This document shows, piece after piece, positions 1-11,832 of a stretch of DNA of 64,000 nucleotides (positions within the stretch are counted from its first letter, which is position 1; the number at the start of each line of letters is the position of its first letter). Source of the stretch: Candidatus Algichlamydia australiensis (GTDB lineage Bacteria > Chlamydiota > Chlamydiia > Chlamydiales > JAJFMI01). The stretch lies in assembly GCA_033977065.1 (NCBI GenBank), contig JAXCHI010000004.1:32001-96000 (forward strand). The letters are read 5' to 3'. The position numbers were made by a program, and so were the translations under genes. Under the pieces are notes generated by a model. The model saw only the letters and a list, made by a program, of their open reading frames with translations, did not search any database and was not told the origin of the DNA.

Positions 1-2
1 GA

Positions 3-2357
3 GGAGCTGCTTTAACTACGGGCAATGATGGGATTCGGATGGTAGGGGGAGCAGAAATTTCTTCAACTTCTGGCACTGCAATGCTAGATGGAACTGCTAA
101 TGGAGGAACTGATGATAACAATGGAGTTCTCATTTCAGATGTTGGCACGATGATTTCCACAGCTGGAGATATTACAATTACAGGCATAAGCGATGGTACA
201 GGCGATCGCAACATGGGTGTGCAGGTAAGTAGTAGCGCTCTTATAACGGGAACAGGCGCTAGTGAAATCGATATTATGGGTACAGGGGCTGATGGAGGTG
301 CTGGGGACATATTTAGTTTTGGAGTCTCATTTGCAAGCGCAACTTTAATGGCAGGCACAGGCGATGTCACGGTTATGGGTACAGGAGGGGATGCAGATGG
401 AGAGTGCAATGGAATTAACCTCTCTTCCTTTACATTTGATTCGAGTGGTGGCGTAGTTACATTTACAGGTATTGGTGATGGGACAAATGCAAGAGGGATC
501 TCAATTGAGTCTAGCTCATTAACGGCAGATGGAGGCTCTTTGTCTATGACAGGTACGGGAGCAGGAACAGGATCAACGACTATGGGGATACTAATGAGTG
601 CTTCAATGGTATCTTCAACAAGTTCAGCTCCTATTAATATGACAGGTACAGGAAGCTTAGGAGCTTTTTCAGAAGCTTTTGGAATTACACTTTTTGGAGC
701 CGGAAACGAAGTCCTATCTGATAGTGGCAAAATTACGATGAGAGGAACAGGAGGAGGTTTTGCCGGTGGATTTGGTCTATGTCACGGTATTTCTGTAGCT
801 GGGGTAGGTGTCACTGGAACAGGTAGCGCAGAAGTAGAACTTATTGGAATTGGTGGATTAGGCGGAAGCGCTTGTGCAGGAGTAGCAATTTTTAGCTCTT
901 CGCTTGTGTCAACAGTGTCAGGCACTCTTACTGTGGATGGTACTGGGGGCTCACCGGATAGCACAACAAGTTATGGTGTATTAGCTGATGGTTTAGGTGT
1001 TGCTTCTATTCAAATGAGTACATCAGATGGAACGCTCAATGTAATTGGGCGCGAGGGAGGTACAGATAATAGAGGGATTTTAGTGACAAGCTTGGGAACC
1101 ATTACCTCTTCATCTGGATTAATGAATATTACAACATTAAGTGACTTAGATATCAGAAATGGGGGGAGGATTACAGGGGGCTCTTCTCTGATGACGTTTG
1201 ATATTGATCGGGATCTAAATATTACAGGAGACGGACGTACTTCTGGTATATTTCCAGGAAGTGGTGGTGTTACAATCGCTACAGGGCGTGACATAACTCT
1301 TACTGGACCTGATTTAGGAGCTGGTGGCGGAGTTGCGCAGATTGGAAATGATAGTGCTGCGGGGGTAACTTCAGACATCATATTTACTTCGGTCGGTCGA
1401 AATGTTGTTGTTGATGGATTCTTATCTTCTGGAGGGTCGAGCTACTCTCTTATTGGGCATGGCGGAAGTGGCGCGGTATATGGGGGAGCAATTCGTTTTT
1501 TAGATGTTCTAGGGAATGTAGTTGTTCAAGGTGGTGATACAGCTTTTGGACCGGTGGATGGTTTTGGTCAAATTGGTCACCTGACAATCTTTGGTGATAC
1601 GGTAAGTGGAGATATTGCGATTAATGCTCGTGGGGATATTTCCGTTATTGGAGGCATAGCTGCTCCATCAGCAGTTGCAAGAATTGGTCATGGCGGTCCG
1701 GGGGCGGGCGTAGTAACAGCATCGAATATGACACTTATTGCAAATAATAATATTACGATGACAAGTCAAGCGGGTGCAGGACAAGCCATTATCTCTAATC
1801 TGTCGACATCAGCGGCTGATAGTTTACGCCTTGTTGTAGATAATGCCAATCCAGCTTTTCCTAATTTTGGTGCGGCAACAATTAACATCAATGCAGGATC
1901 AGATCTTTCAACTCCAGCAGGCGGTCAGTTGCGGATTTATACTGTACAGCCATCACAAAATACGATTACACCAACAATCAATGGCACGGCATATGTACCA
2001 ACGGCGTTTAATGTCGATAACGATACGAATCAGTACAACACCTATTTTCCAGGTGGAACGTATGTGGGAGGAGCCGCTTTTCGCGTTTACTATAAAACAG
2101 GAATGGCTGTAATGACAGCGATGGAAGATCCTTTTATTGCCAACCGCTTTTACTGTCTTGGTGAAGCGATGGGAGAGCTGCAAGATCGTCTGCCAATTTT
2201 TCGGCTTATGCGCATGCCTGAAAACAGTGGCGCAACTTGGCACCACCCTTCATTCTGTGGAACAAAAGAGGCTTGCGATCCTGGATTTGATCCTTACCAT
2301 AGTTTAAACTTTAAAAATGATGTTTTTTGGGTAGGGGAAACTTCTACTGCTCTGTAA
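3..2357 (+). CDS. TpsA/filamentous haemagglutinin-like exoprotein, 5' end outside the window
   Basis: Frame is open from the window edge. Gly/Thr/Ser-rich GTGGxxxxxNxGI repeats and IGHG motifs. C-terminal domain shared with the downstream paralogues. Confidence 0.8.
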   Translation, partial: GAALTTGNDGIRMVGGAEISSTSGTAMLDGTANGGTDDNNGVLISDVGTMISTAGDITITGISDGTGDRNMGVQVSSSALITGTGASEIDIMGTGADGGAGDIFSFGVSFASATLMAGTGDVTVMGTGGDADGECNGINLSSFTFDSSGGVVTFTGIGDGTNARGISIESSSLTADGGSLSMTGTGAGTGSTTMGILMSASMVSSTSSAPINMTGTGSLGAFSEAFGITLFGAGNEVLSDSGKITMRGTGGGFAGGFGLCHGISVAGVGVTGTGSAEVELIGIGGLGGSACAGVAIFSSSLVSTVSGTLTVDGTGGSPDSTTSYGVLADGLGVASIQMSTSDGTLNVIGREGGTDNRGILVTSLGTITSSSGLMNITTLSDLDIRNGGRITGGSSLMTFDIDRDLNITGDGRTSGIFPGSGGVTIATGRDITLTGPDLGAGGGVAQIGNDSAAGVTSDIIFTSVGRNVVVDGFLSSGGSSYSLIGHGGSGAVYGGAIRFLDVLGNVVVQGGDTAFGPVDGFGQIGHLTIFGDTVSGDIAINARGDISVIGGIAAPSAVARIGHGGPGAGVVTASNMTLIANNNITMTSQAGAGQAIISNLSTSAADSLRLVVDNANPAFPNFGAATININAGSDLSTPAGGQLRIYTVQPSQNTITPTINGTAYVPTAFNVDNDTNQYNTYFPGGTYVGGAAFRVYYKTGMAVMTAMEDPFIANRFYCLGEAMGELQDRLPIFRLMRMPENSGATWHHPSFCGTKEACDPGFDPYHSLNFKNDVFWVGETSTAL

Positions 2358-2388
2358 TAGAAAAAATCGAGTTCACGTTTGGGGTCGA

Positions 2389-2420
2389 TTTGTATGCGAG
2401 AGCTTTGACGACACTATCTA
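2389..2420. repeat. Solo end of palindromic element family C
   Basis: CTTTGACGACACTATCTA closely matches the terminus of the 16695-16859 element. Confidence 0.6.
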
Positions 2421-2504
2421 AAATTTTTTATTACAGATTGGTAGGGAAGTGCTATAAAATTGAAAAATTTAGTAGCATGATGAAAAACTTCGGGTATTTT
2501 CATC

Positions 2505-5500
2505 ATGCTACGATCCATCTTTTTCGTTTCAGCGCTAACAGCTGCCTCTATTTTTTGTTTACCTAGCGGACACTCTGTTAAGAAAGGCAAGGCAAAAATT
2601 TCCAATCGCGGTAGTGAAGTTGTCATCACAAGTGGCAAAAGCGCTGTGATTCACTGGGATCAATTCTCTATTGGCAAAGATGAAACAGCTAAATTTCAAA
2701 TGCAGGATGCTAAGTCTACTGTTTTGAATCGCGTTACAGGTGGCAACAAGTCTGAAATTTTAGGCCGCATGGAATCAAACGGTAAAGTCTATCTAATGAA
2801 TCCAAAAGGGATTCTCTTTGGTCAGGATTGCCAAATCAATGTGGGCGGTTTAGTCGCCTCTACACTTGATATACTAGATCAGGGAGGTAAACTTCTTTTT
2901 GAAGGTGACAGCGATGCTAAGGTTGTCAATTTAGGGAAAATTTCGTCACCCCATGGAGATGTGCAACTACTTGCACAGAAGGTTGAAAATAGAGGAAGCA
3001 TTGATGCGGGTCGTGTCGGACTCGCAGCGGGTTCAAAAATTTTGATTAAGCCAAATGGCAGTGAGCGCATTTTTGTAAAAGCGGGAAATGGCTCGATCGA
3101 TCACTCGGGAAGTATTCGCGCAGTTCTTACAGAGTTAAAAACAAAATCTGCTTATGAGATGGCCATCAATATGAATGGGTTGGTGAAATCAGCAGGCGGA
3201 GAGGTAGTGGTTCAAGGCGGAAAAATCACTTTTTCAGCTGAGTCGCAAATCGATCTCTCCAATACAAGCGGTCCTGGTGGCGTACTGAAGGTTGGAACAA
3301 GTATTCATGAAAATTTCATTCAAGTAGAAGAGGGTGCAAAATTTTTTGTATCGGGAAAACCTGGCGGAGAAGTGCGTTTTAAGGCAAAGGAGATGCTCTT
3401 TTCTGGAGAGGTTTCTGCCCGCGGTATGGGCGAGAGTAGTGGGGGTTTTGTAGAAATTTCTGCATCTGGTGGGAAGTTTGATCTCTTGCAAAAAATTGAC
3501 TGTAGTAGTGATGCTGGCGCGCCTGGAACGGTTTTTCACGATCCGCCCGCAATCATAATTGATGTCTCTGCCTCTTCTGGACCAACAACGTTTGGTGATT
3601 CCTATATCTCGACGACACTTGCGGGAAGCAATCTTGCAATTACCACTACAGGTCCCGGTTTTGAGTCGATCACATTTGTTGATGGTCCAGGTCCTGGTTC
3701 TCCCAGCATCTCTTGGTCAGGAGATGCCATTTTTACACTCACATCGGGCGGAACGATCTCTGCAACAGCTCCCTCTACACCCACTATTTCCAATAGCTTG
3801 GGATCGGGCGGTATTGATGTAATGGTTTTCACAGCTAACTCTGGTGGGACAACTTCGGGAAATTTTACTGGGATTGACTTTACGCCTTTTACTATTGAAG
3901 TTGATGCCAACAACATTGTGATCGATGGCACGAGTGGTGATACAGGTGGAGGTGCTACCAATATTGGTGTTGTGACAGGGGATATGACCGCTTTTTCTAC
4001 AGGAAATATTACCATTACAGGCACAAGTGTAGGGGCAGCGGGAAGTGCGGGAAATACGGGCATTCGCTTTACTGGCACTTTGGCGACGACTTCAGGCAAT
4101 CTTATTGCGACGGGAACTGGGGGTGTGGGTACCTCGGGGAATCTAGGAATTTCAGAGGCGGCTTTTGGTGGATTGAGTACGGTTGATGGCTTGATACGCC
4201 TTACTGGTACGGGAGGTGCTGGAACAGGTGGAGGGAATCACGGTGTAGAGATTCCTGAAACAACAATTATGAGTACGGGAGCTGCGTTTACTTCCGGAAG
4301 TGGGATAGAAATTTTTGGAACAGGCGGAAGCGGAAGTGGGAGCAGTTTTGGTGTGAATTTTTCTGACACTCCCACATCAATTGAATCCGATGCCAACCCT
4401 ATTCTCATTGTGGGGATCGGCGGTTCTGGTGGTATGAGCAACATAGGCGTCTCTCACACTGTTGAAGCTGAAGTTTTTTCTACCACTACAGGAAGTACCG
4501 GAACGGTCACTTACAGGGGTACGGGAGGAAGTGGTACAGGAGATTGTGTTGGGGTATATATTCCAATCGATAATCCCACACCAGTTGTCTATTCTGACGG
4601 GAGTGATATTTCGATAACGGGTATTGGTGGACCAGCTGCTACAGGGGTAGGAAATATTGGAATTGATATCACGGATAATGTGATTACAGCTGCAATAAAT
4701 GGGGGACCAGGTAGCGTTAGGCTGGAAGGAACAGGCAGTAGCAGCGGCAGTGCAGAAAACCACGGCATTCGCATGGGATCATCGGGAGGAGATGGTACAG
4801 GAGTCTCTGCGCTTGGTGGGGGAGATATTACCCTGACTGGGAGTGGAGGTGCAGGCTCTTCTCTTAATCACGGAGTATTTCTCTTTTTTGAAACAGAAAT
4901 TATTGCTTCAACAGGAGAGATCACGATCACAGGTACAGCTCTTGGAGGTACAGATGATAGTGATGGGGTGCAGATTACCGATTCGAGTACTCTTATCGAA
5001 ACATCAGGTGCCATTGGCATTAGAGGAGAGTCAATGGCGGCTGGCGATCGCAATCGCGGCGTCGCTATCATATCCGATGCAATAGTTAGAGGCGTAGGCA
5101 GTGGATCTGTTTCTGTTACAGGTAGTGGCGGTAGTGGGGCTATTGATAATCAAGGAATTTTAATTGAAAGCTCTACAGTGTCGACTTCCTCATCGAGTAT
5201 GATTTTCAATGCGATGGACGACATGCTCATAAATGCGGGAGGGCAGATCGATGGGAGTAGTGGTTTGATCACAGTTTCAACAGATGGAGATCTGACCATT
5301 TTGGGCACAGCTCCCAACACCGGAATTTTTCCCGATACAGGAGGATTTACAGGAAGTGTGGGGGGTGATCTTACACTTATAGGATCGGCCACAGGAGGCG
5401 CACATGTTGGAAGCATTAATCCCTTTGGGCTGACAGCAGATATTACCTTCGTAAGCATTGGAGGCGATGTTCTAGTTGAGGCGACGAATACTTCAGGTTC

Positions 5501-6401
5501 TACAGGGCTTGGCTATGCTGTGATTGGACATGGCAAGACTACGGGAGCGCCTTACTCAGGAAACATCTCTTTATCAGATGTGGGAGGGAGTGTAACGGTG
5601 CAAGGAGCAAATACCGCAACGGGCGTGCTAAATGGTGTGGGACAAATTGGTCATATTGCCCTTGCTGATAGTGATGTGTTGAATGGAAATATTACGATTC
5701 TTGCTCGCGGAAATATCAACGTAATTGGAGGAGTTGCAGGCACAAATACCTACGCGCGAATTGGTCATGGCGGCAGGCCAGGAATTGTGTTCGGCACAAC
5801 TTCATCGGAGATGACGTTGATTGCAGGTCAAAATATTGCGATGACTTCTCAAGTAGCAGCGGGCCCCGCTGTCATCACAAACCCCTCAACAGATAGCCTT
5901 GATTCCCTTTTTCTTGTTGTCGATAATAATAATCCTACATTTCCTACCTTTGGAGCCGCGACATTCACAGTTAATGCTGGATCTGATTTGAGTATGCCCA
6001 ATTCATCAGGGGAGCTGCGTATCTATACTGTGCAACCATCCCAAAATAGTGTAAATGAGCTGGTCAATGGTGCTGTTTATATACCGACACCTTTCAACAT
6101 TGATGACGCGACAAATCAATATAACATTTACTACCCAGCGGGCACCTTTATTGCAAATTCTTCTTTTCGCTTTTACTACAAGACAGGAGACTCTCTTATA
6201 AATGAAGTTGTTCCACCGTTTGTAAGAAATAGGCTCTTCTTCTTACAGGTAGCTGAGGCGCAGGCAGAAATGCAGATGCCACTCTTTCGTGGCCCTTACT
6301 GGCACCATCCTTCGTTTTGTGGGAGCAAGAAATCCTGCGATCCAGGATTTGATCCCTACTACAGCTTCATCTTTGAAGATGACATTTACTGGAAGCACTG
6401 A
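2505..6401 (+). CDS. TpsA/filamentous haemagglutinin N-terminal-domain exoprotein (1298 aa)
   Basis: Signal peptide, TPS motifs (IHWDQFSI, VLNRVTG, VYLMNPKG), GGFVEIS...DP motif, beta-helix-like repeats. Confidence 0.88.
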   Translation: MLRSIFFVSALTAASIFCLPSGHSVKKGKAKISNRGSEVVITSGKSAVIHWDQFSIGKDETAKFQMQDAKSTVLNRVTGGNKSEILGRMESNGKVYLMNPKGILFGQDCQINVGGLVASTLDILDQGGKLLFEGDSDAKVVNLGKISSPHGDVQLLAQKVENRGSIDAGRVGLAAGSKILIKPNGSERIFVKAGNGSIDHSGSIRAVLTELKTKSAYEMAINMNGLVKSAGGEVVVQGGKITFSAESQIDLSNTSGPGGVLKVGTSIHENFIQVEEGAKFFVSGKPGGEVRFKAKEMLFSGEVSARGMGESSGGFVEISASGGKFDLLQKIDCSSDAGAPGTVFHDPPAIIIDVSASSGPTTFGDSYISTTLAGSNLAITTTGPGFESITFVDGPGPGSPSISWSGDAIFTLTSGGTISATAPSTPTISNSLGSGGIDVMVFTANSGGTTSGNFTGIDFTPFTIEVDANNIVIDGTSGDTGGGATNIGVVTGDMTAFSTGNITITGTSVGAAGSAGNTGIRFTGTLATTSGNLIATGTGGVGTSGNLGISEAAFGGLSTVDGLIRLTGTGGAGTGGGNHGVEIPETTIMSTGAAFTSGSGIEIFGTGGSGSGSSFGVNFSDTPTSIESDANPILIVGIGGSGGMSNIGVSHTVEAEVFSTTTGSTGTVTYRGTGGSGTGDCVGVYIPIDNPTPVVYSDGSDISITGIGGPAATGVGNIGIDITDNVITAAINGGPGSVRLEGTGSSSGSAENHGIRMGSSGGDGTGVSALGGGDITLTGSGGAGSSLNHGVFLFFETEIIASTGEITITGTALGGTDDSDGVQITDSSTLIETSGAIGIRGESMAAGDRNRGVAIISDAIVRGVGSGSVSVTGSGGSGAIDNQGILIESSTVSTSSSSMIFNAMDDMLINAGGQIDGSSGLITVSTDGDLTILGTAPNTGIFPDTGGFTGSVGGDLTLIGSATGGAHVGSINPFGLTADITFVSIGGDVLVEATNTSGSTGLGYAVIGHGKTTGAPYSGNISLSDVGGSVTVQGANTATGVLNGVGQIGHIALADSDVLNGNITILARGNINVIGGVAGTNTYARIGHGGRPGIVFGTTSSEMTLIAGQNIAMTSQVAAGPAVITNPSTDSLDSLFLVVDNNNPTFPTFGAATFTVNAGSDLSMPNSSGELRIYTVQPSQNSVNELVNGAVYIPTPFNIDDATNQYNIYYPAGTFIANSSFRFYYKTGDSLINEVVPPFVRNRLFFLQVAEAQAEMQMPLFRGPYWHHPSFCGSKKSCDPGFDPYYSFIFEDDIYWKH

Positions 6402-6551
6402 ACAAGTCATGCACTGATCCCACGGCCGAGAAATCCTAGAAAAGATTATTTTCAACCTCCAATAACTGTGCCCAGTTGTTTACGGTTTCCAAATAATCTT
6501 TTTTAGAATTTTCGACTCATGCTATCGGCACAGCACTTATTCAGTGATTCC
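6391..6551. mobile_element. Palindromic MITE family A (161 bp, IS5-like ends)
   Basis: Inverted ends GGAAGCACTGAACAAGT / ACTTATTCAGTGATTCC, TACT duplicated on both flanks, internal palindrome. Other copies at 16971 and 28973. Confidence 0.85.
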
Positions 6552-6610
6552 TACTGGATTGAAAATAAATCTATGCTATAGAGTGAAGAAAATAATTATT
6601 TTAAGTTCTT

Positions 6611-9600
6611 ATGCGTTTAGCATTTTTCATTATGGCAGCAACAGCTGCGTCTCTATTTTCTTTGCCAAGCGGGCATAAAGTCAAACAGGGGGATGTACAA
6701 GTCACAAAAAGCGAAAAGGAATTGCTTATCCAATCGGGCAGACGCGCTGTTGTTCACTGGGACAAATTTTCTGTTGATAGGGGTGAGAGAGCACGCTTTC
6801 AGATGAAAGATTCAAAGTCGAGCGTACTCAATCGCGTTTCAGGAGGGGAGCGCAGTGACATACTGGGAAAACTTGAATCTAACGGCAAAGTCTATCTGCT
6901 AAATCCGAAAGGTGTACTCATCGGTCCGGAGGCGCAGATCAATGTTCATAGCTTAGTTGCTTCAACACTTGATGTTTTAGATGAAGAGTACCTAAATGGA
7001 AATGAGCTGCGTTTTTTTGGTAGCGAGAAGGGCTCAATTGTCAATATGGGAGAAGTAGAGGGACATTCGGTTTTTCTCCTTGCAGGTAGTGTTGAAAATC
7101 ACGGGAAGATTAAAGCGGAGCGTGTAGCTTTAGCGACAGGAAATAAAATTTTGCTCCAACCCAAAGGAGAGCAACGCATCTTTATTGAAGCTTCAGGTGC
7201 GGAAGAGAGCATCGACAACCGTGGAAAAATTGAGGCACTCACAACAGAAATTAAGAATAGTTCTCCTTATGTTTTGGCCGTGCGCTCAAGTGGAACCATT
7301 GAAGCAACGGCAACAGAGAAGCGCAATGGTAAAATTTTCCTTGTTGCTGATAAGGGGACTGTTGAAGTAGATGGTACTCTGCGCGCTTCACAGGTAGATA
7401 TGAGTGGAGATCAGGTCTATCTCTACGGCAACGCTCTTATCGATGCACCAGAAGGGAAAGTGAATATCGGGAGGCTTACACCTACACGGAATGTTGTACT
7501 TTTTCCTGAATCAAAAGTCACTGTCTCTGCATCGGAAATGGGTGATGCAGGGGAGGTTTATATCTATTCCGAAGGAGCAACAGCGCATTACGGCATTATT
7601 GAAGCGTGTGGAGGATTAAAAGGAGGAAATGGAGGTTTTGTAGAACTATCAGGAAAAATGGACTTAGGTCTGGAGGGAAGAATAGAGCGTGGTGCACCTA
7701 TGGGTACTCCGGGGGAGCTATTGATTGATCCTAAAAATGCGACCATTACAGCTGCAGGTGGCCCACTTCCCACTCCCTCTCTTACTTTTGGGGTCTCTTC
7801 TGCAGCCTCTCTTTCTATAACGGGAGCCTCTTTAGGGTCAGCTTTGGATAGCGGACCGGTGACAATCGAGTGAAACACAGATTGCATTTTCTCTGATACT
7901 GTCACAACAACATCAAGCAATAGTTTGACAATCCGGGCAGGAAGATCGTGTACATTTACAGGGACAGGTGTTTTTACCTCCACTGGTGGAGATCTAAATA
8001 TCTCTATTAACGATTCGGGAGCGATTCCCGCTGAGCGCGATCCCGGAGTTGCAGCCTTTACGACAACAACGGGTTCTTCAATTACAACAAATGGGGGGAA
8101 TTTCACACAGACAGTGGGCTCTTTTGGCGGGACGCAGCAGGGTCGTGTGTTTTTGATATCAGGAGGAATTGATGCTGGCGGTGGTGATATCAGCTTGGAG
8201 GGATTTCGCCTTCCATCTGAAACGGGATTTTTAGTTGCAGGTGTTGACTGTCGTGGAAGTCTCATGACAACAGGCTCTGGTAATATCAGCTTAACCGGAG
8301 TTGCAGGAGGAGGAACCCTAATTTCGAACGGAGTGCTCTTTGTGAGTACAACAGCTAGCGTCGAGAATGGGACACTTTTGGTAAACGGAACAGGGGGGCC
8401 AAGCACGGGAAACTTTAACTCGGGCGTTCTCATTTTTAACAGCACGTTATCGAGCACAGGAACATCAAATCCTGGGGGAATTGATATTACGGGATTCTCA
8501 GGAACAGGACTTACCTCAAATGATGGAATCACCTTTTTCTCATCTGCAAGTTCTATGACCACAGTAGATGGTCCTATTACCTTGAGAGGAACAGGCAATC
8601 CTTCAACAACAGGTTCTTTAAATAGAGGAATTGGAATCACAGCCCCCTCATCCTCGATTACGTCAACGGGATCAGGAGATATTACGCTCGAAGGAACCGG
8701 AGGAGGAGGAGCAATCTCATCTCACGGGATTGCTATCGATGGAGCGGGAAGTACAATCACCTCATTGGGAAGCGGAATGATCTCATTAGATGGTACGGCT
8801 GGAGTTGCAACAGGAGTAGGAAACTCAGGGGTTGTTGTGAATACAGGCAGTGTCAGTTCAAGTGGGTCAGGAGACATTGTGATTACAGGAGAGGGGAGTG
8901 GATCGGGTGTGAGTGACTCTTTAGGAACTTTAATTACCGGTACAACAACTACAATTACGTCCACAGCAAGTGGAGAAATCATGATTAGCGGAACAGGAGG
9001 AGCAACAGCGGGCATTGGAAATGAAGGGATGACCATTAATGGAGGCGCGACTGTTAATTCAATTGGGAGTGGGGGAATTTCTCTGACGGGTACTGGTGGG
9101 GCAGGGACAGACTTAAATCCCGGAATACTTGTGAGCGATACGAATACCACAGTAACAAGCAGTGGAGGAGATATTTCACTTGATGGGATGGGAGCTGGAA
9201 CAGGTAGTGGTAATAATGGAGTGGCAATCCTCTCTTCAGCAACTCTAACAGCAACAGGTAGTGCAGGTATCACGATTGATGGAACAGGAGTAGGAGCTGC
9301 AAACGATAACAACGGAGTCTCGGTATCAGGAGCTGCAACAGCTATAAGCATTGATGGTGGAACGCTCTCAATTACAGGAGCTGGCTCTGATGGAGTTGAT
9401 GGGAATAATGGGATTAACATTACAGACGGATCTTTGAGTTCTACCTCGGGGGCTATAGAGCTAATCGGAACGGGGGGAAGTGGGAATGATAACTGCAATG
9501 GAATTACCTCAGCAGGTGACATCACTTCGTCTACTGGCTCTGTTTTAATGAGAGGAACGGGAGGAGGAACAGGATCTTTTGATTTTGGAGTAGGCATTAC

Positions 9601-11665
9601 AGGAGGAAGCATTACCTCTACAGGAGTAGGAGCTGGTGCTGCAACAATCACGCTAGAAGGAAGAGGAACAGCTGAGCTTGCAGATACAGCTTTTGGAGTT
9701 GTGATTACTGGAGGGGGAACAGCAGTTAGTAGCGTTGACGGCAGGATCGAAATGGAAGGATTTGGAGGGAGTCTTGGAGGAGATAATCATGGAGGAGTAG
9801 CTGTGCAAGACCTAGCAACAATTACTTCAACAGGAACAGCTCCGATTACAATCGAAGGAACGGGAGGAGTTGGTGCAGATGGGTGTTTAGGGATTACTTT
9901 TAGGGCAGGCTCAAGCTTAAGTACGCTTGATGGAGATGTCACGCTAACAGGTCGTGGAACAGGGAGTGGAAATAGTAATTTTGGAGTCGTTTGGGATGCT
10001 AGCACATACACCTCCACAGGAGCGGGAAACCTTAATGGGAGCGGAACACTCTCTGCAAGCACGATGCAGAATGCAGGGTTTATTCTTCTTAATGGAGCGC
10101 TTCTAACAACTGCAGATGGAAATATTACCCTTTTTGGTTCAGCCAATGGGAGCGTGATGCTAAATGGAGGGTGTGTGCTAGTCGGGAGTGCAATCACATC
10201 TACAGCAAGTGGAAACATCGATATAACAGGGAATAATAGCAGCTCAACAGGGACCTTTTCGCCCGGAATCTATTTACTTACAGGCAGCACGGTTACATCA
10301 AGCGGAACAGGAGAGATCACCTTTGTAGGAACCGGAGGGGTGAATGCGCCTGATGCCTATGGCATTCGTATTAGTGATCTGGGCACAAGCGTCAACTCAA
10401 CAGTAGGAAATATCTCTCTTACAGGAATCGCAAGTGGGGTAACAGAAGAAGGAATGCTAATAGAACTCCAGGCAGAAGTAGAATCCCTTGGAGCTGCTAC
10501 AATTACGACTACAACAATGAGCGATTTAATCATCGAAAGTGGCGGCCAAATTATTGGTGGTGCCGGAGATGTAACAATTGATGTTGATCGCGATTTTCTG
10601 ATTAGAGGGAGCGCCGTTGCGAGTGAAAACACCGGCGTAATTTTAGGATCAGGAGCGGCAACAATTGCAGTTGGTCGCGACTTGACACTGACGGGTGGAA
10701 GCGCTGCAGATACTCCTGCACAAATTGGTTCAAGAGAGACAACCTCTTCAGCTGATATCACCTTTACAAATATTGGACGCAACCTTCTTATTGATGGCAA
10801 TACCTCAGGAGGCTATGCCATTATTGGACACGGCACAAACTCACCTGAAACAGCATATGATGGAGATATCCGTTTTAACAGAATTCGAGGTAATGCTGTC
10901 GTGATGGGAGGCTCTGGAAGTAACGGCTTTGCGCAACTTGGCCACCTCAATGCAGCCACTATTAATGGTGATATTTTATTAACAGCAGAGGGATCTATCT
11001 CTGTTTTAGGAGGCGCTTCGGCAACAGCAGTAGGGCAGATTGGGCACGCAAGCGCAGGGGCGTGTACAAGCTCTACAATGCGTCTTATTGCAGGAAGAAA
11101 TATAGAAATTATAAGTGCAACAGGCGATGCAATTGTCACGAATCCTTGTACTGTGGCAGCAGATGGCCCCTTGACACTTGTGGTTGACAACCAATTTCCC
11201 TCGTTTCCAAACTTCGGAACAGGAGAATTTGTTCTTGATTCTACAGAACTAAGAACAAGCGCAGGAGAACTACGAGTCTATACAGTGCAAACCCTGCAAA
11301 ACAGCATTAATGATCCAATTAATGGTCAAGCTTTCACCCCTGGACCGTTTGGTGTGGATAATAATTTTGAGCAGTACGATACCTACTTTCCAGGGGGAAG
11401 CTTTATTTTAGGTTCGGCCTTCCGGATTTATTATAAAGTGGGAAATGCCTCTTCGGCAGCGCTCTTAGTCCCCTTCTTAGCAAACACATTTTATCATTTA
11501 GGAGTGGCAAATTCACAACTAGACTTGCCAATCTTTCGTTACATGCGCCTACCAAACTTTCCCTGGCATCATGGATCATTCTCAAATAACTACGCTCACT
11601 TTGATCCAGGATTTGATCCCTACTACAGCCAAAATTTTGAGGACAACGTATATTGGATCCCTTGA
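6611..11665 (+). pseudogene. TpsA-like exoprotein (~1684 codons) interrupted by a single in-frame TGA at 7871-7873
   Basis: ORFs 6611-7873 (signal peptide plus TPS domain) and 7925-11665 are in the same frame. The sequence reads GPVTIE*NTDCIFSDTVTTTSSNSLTIRAG. Confidence 0.75.
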
Positions 11666-11814
11666 ATAACTCAGACTCTCCAATAAGGACCTGAAAATTG
11701 GCCAAACTCAATTTTTCGAACTCGCTAACTCTAAGGAGTTAGCTCCGTTCTCCAAAATGAATTTTGTCACAATTTGGAGGCCCTTTTTGAAAAGAGCAGT
11801 CATTCAAGATCTCC
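11655..11814. mobile_element. Palindromic MITE family B (160 bp)
   Basis: Inverted ends GGATCCCTTGAATAACT / AGTCATTCAAGATCTCC, central hairpin GCTAACTC-taag-GAGTTAGC, flanks TATT/AATT. Confidence 0.75.
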
Positions 11815-11832
11815 AATTGGATAGGAGCCGAG

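Noticed and set aside
7871..7920. Selenocysteine or genetic-code reassignment of TGA
   Set aside because: No convincing SECIS hairpin follows the codon, and TGA is the normal stop of uvrD, rpmH, map and rpmB in this window.
782..11190. Many minus-strand Pro/Val-rich ORFs (e.g. 7588-8640, 8722-9651)
   Set aside because: Antisense shadows of Gly/Thr-rich TpsA codons; no independent motifs.
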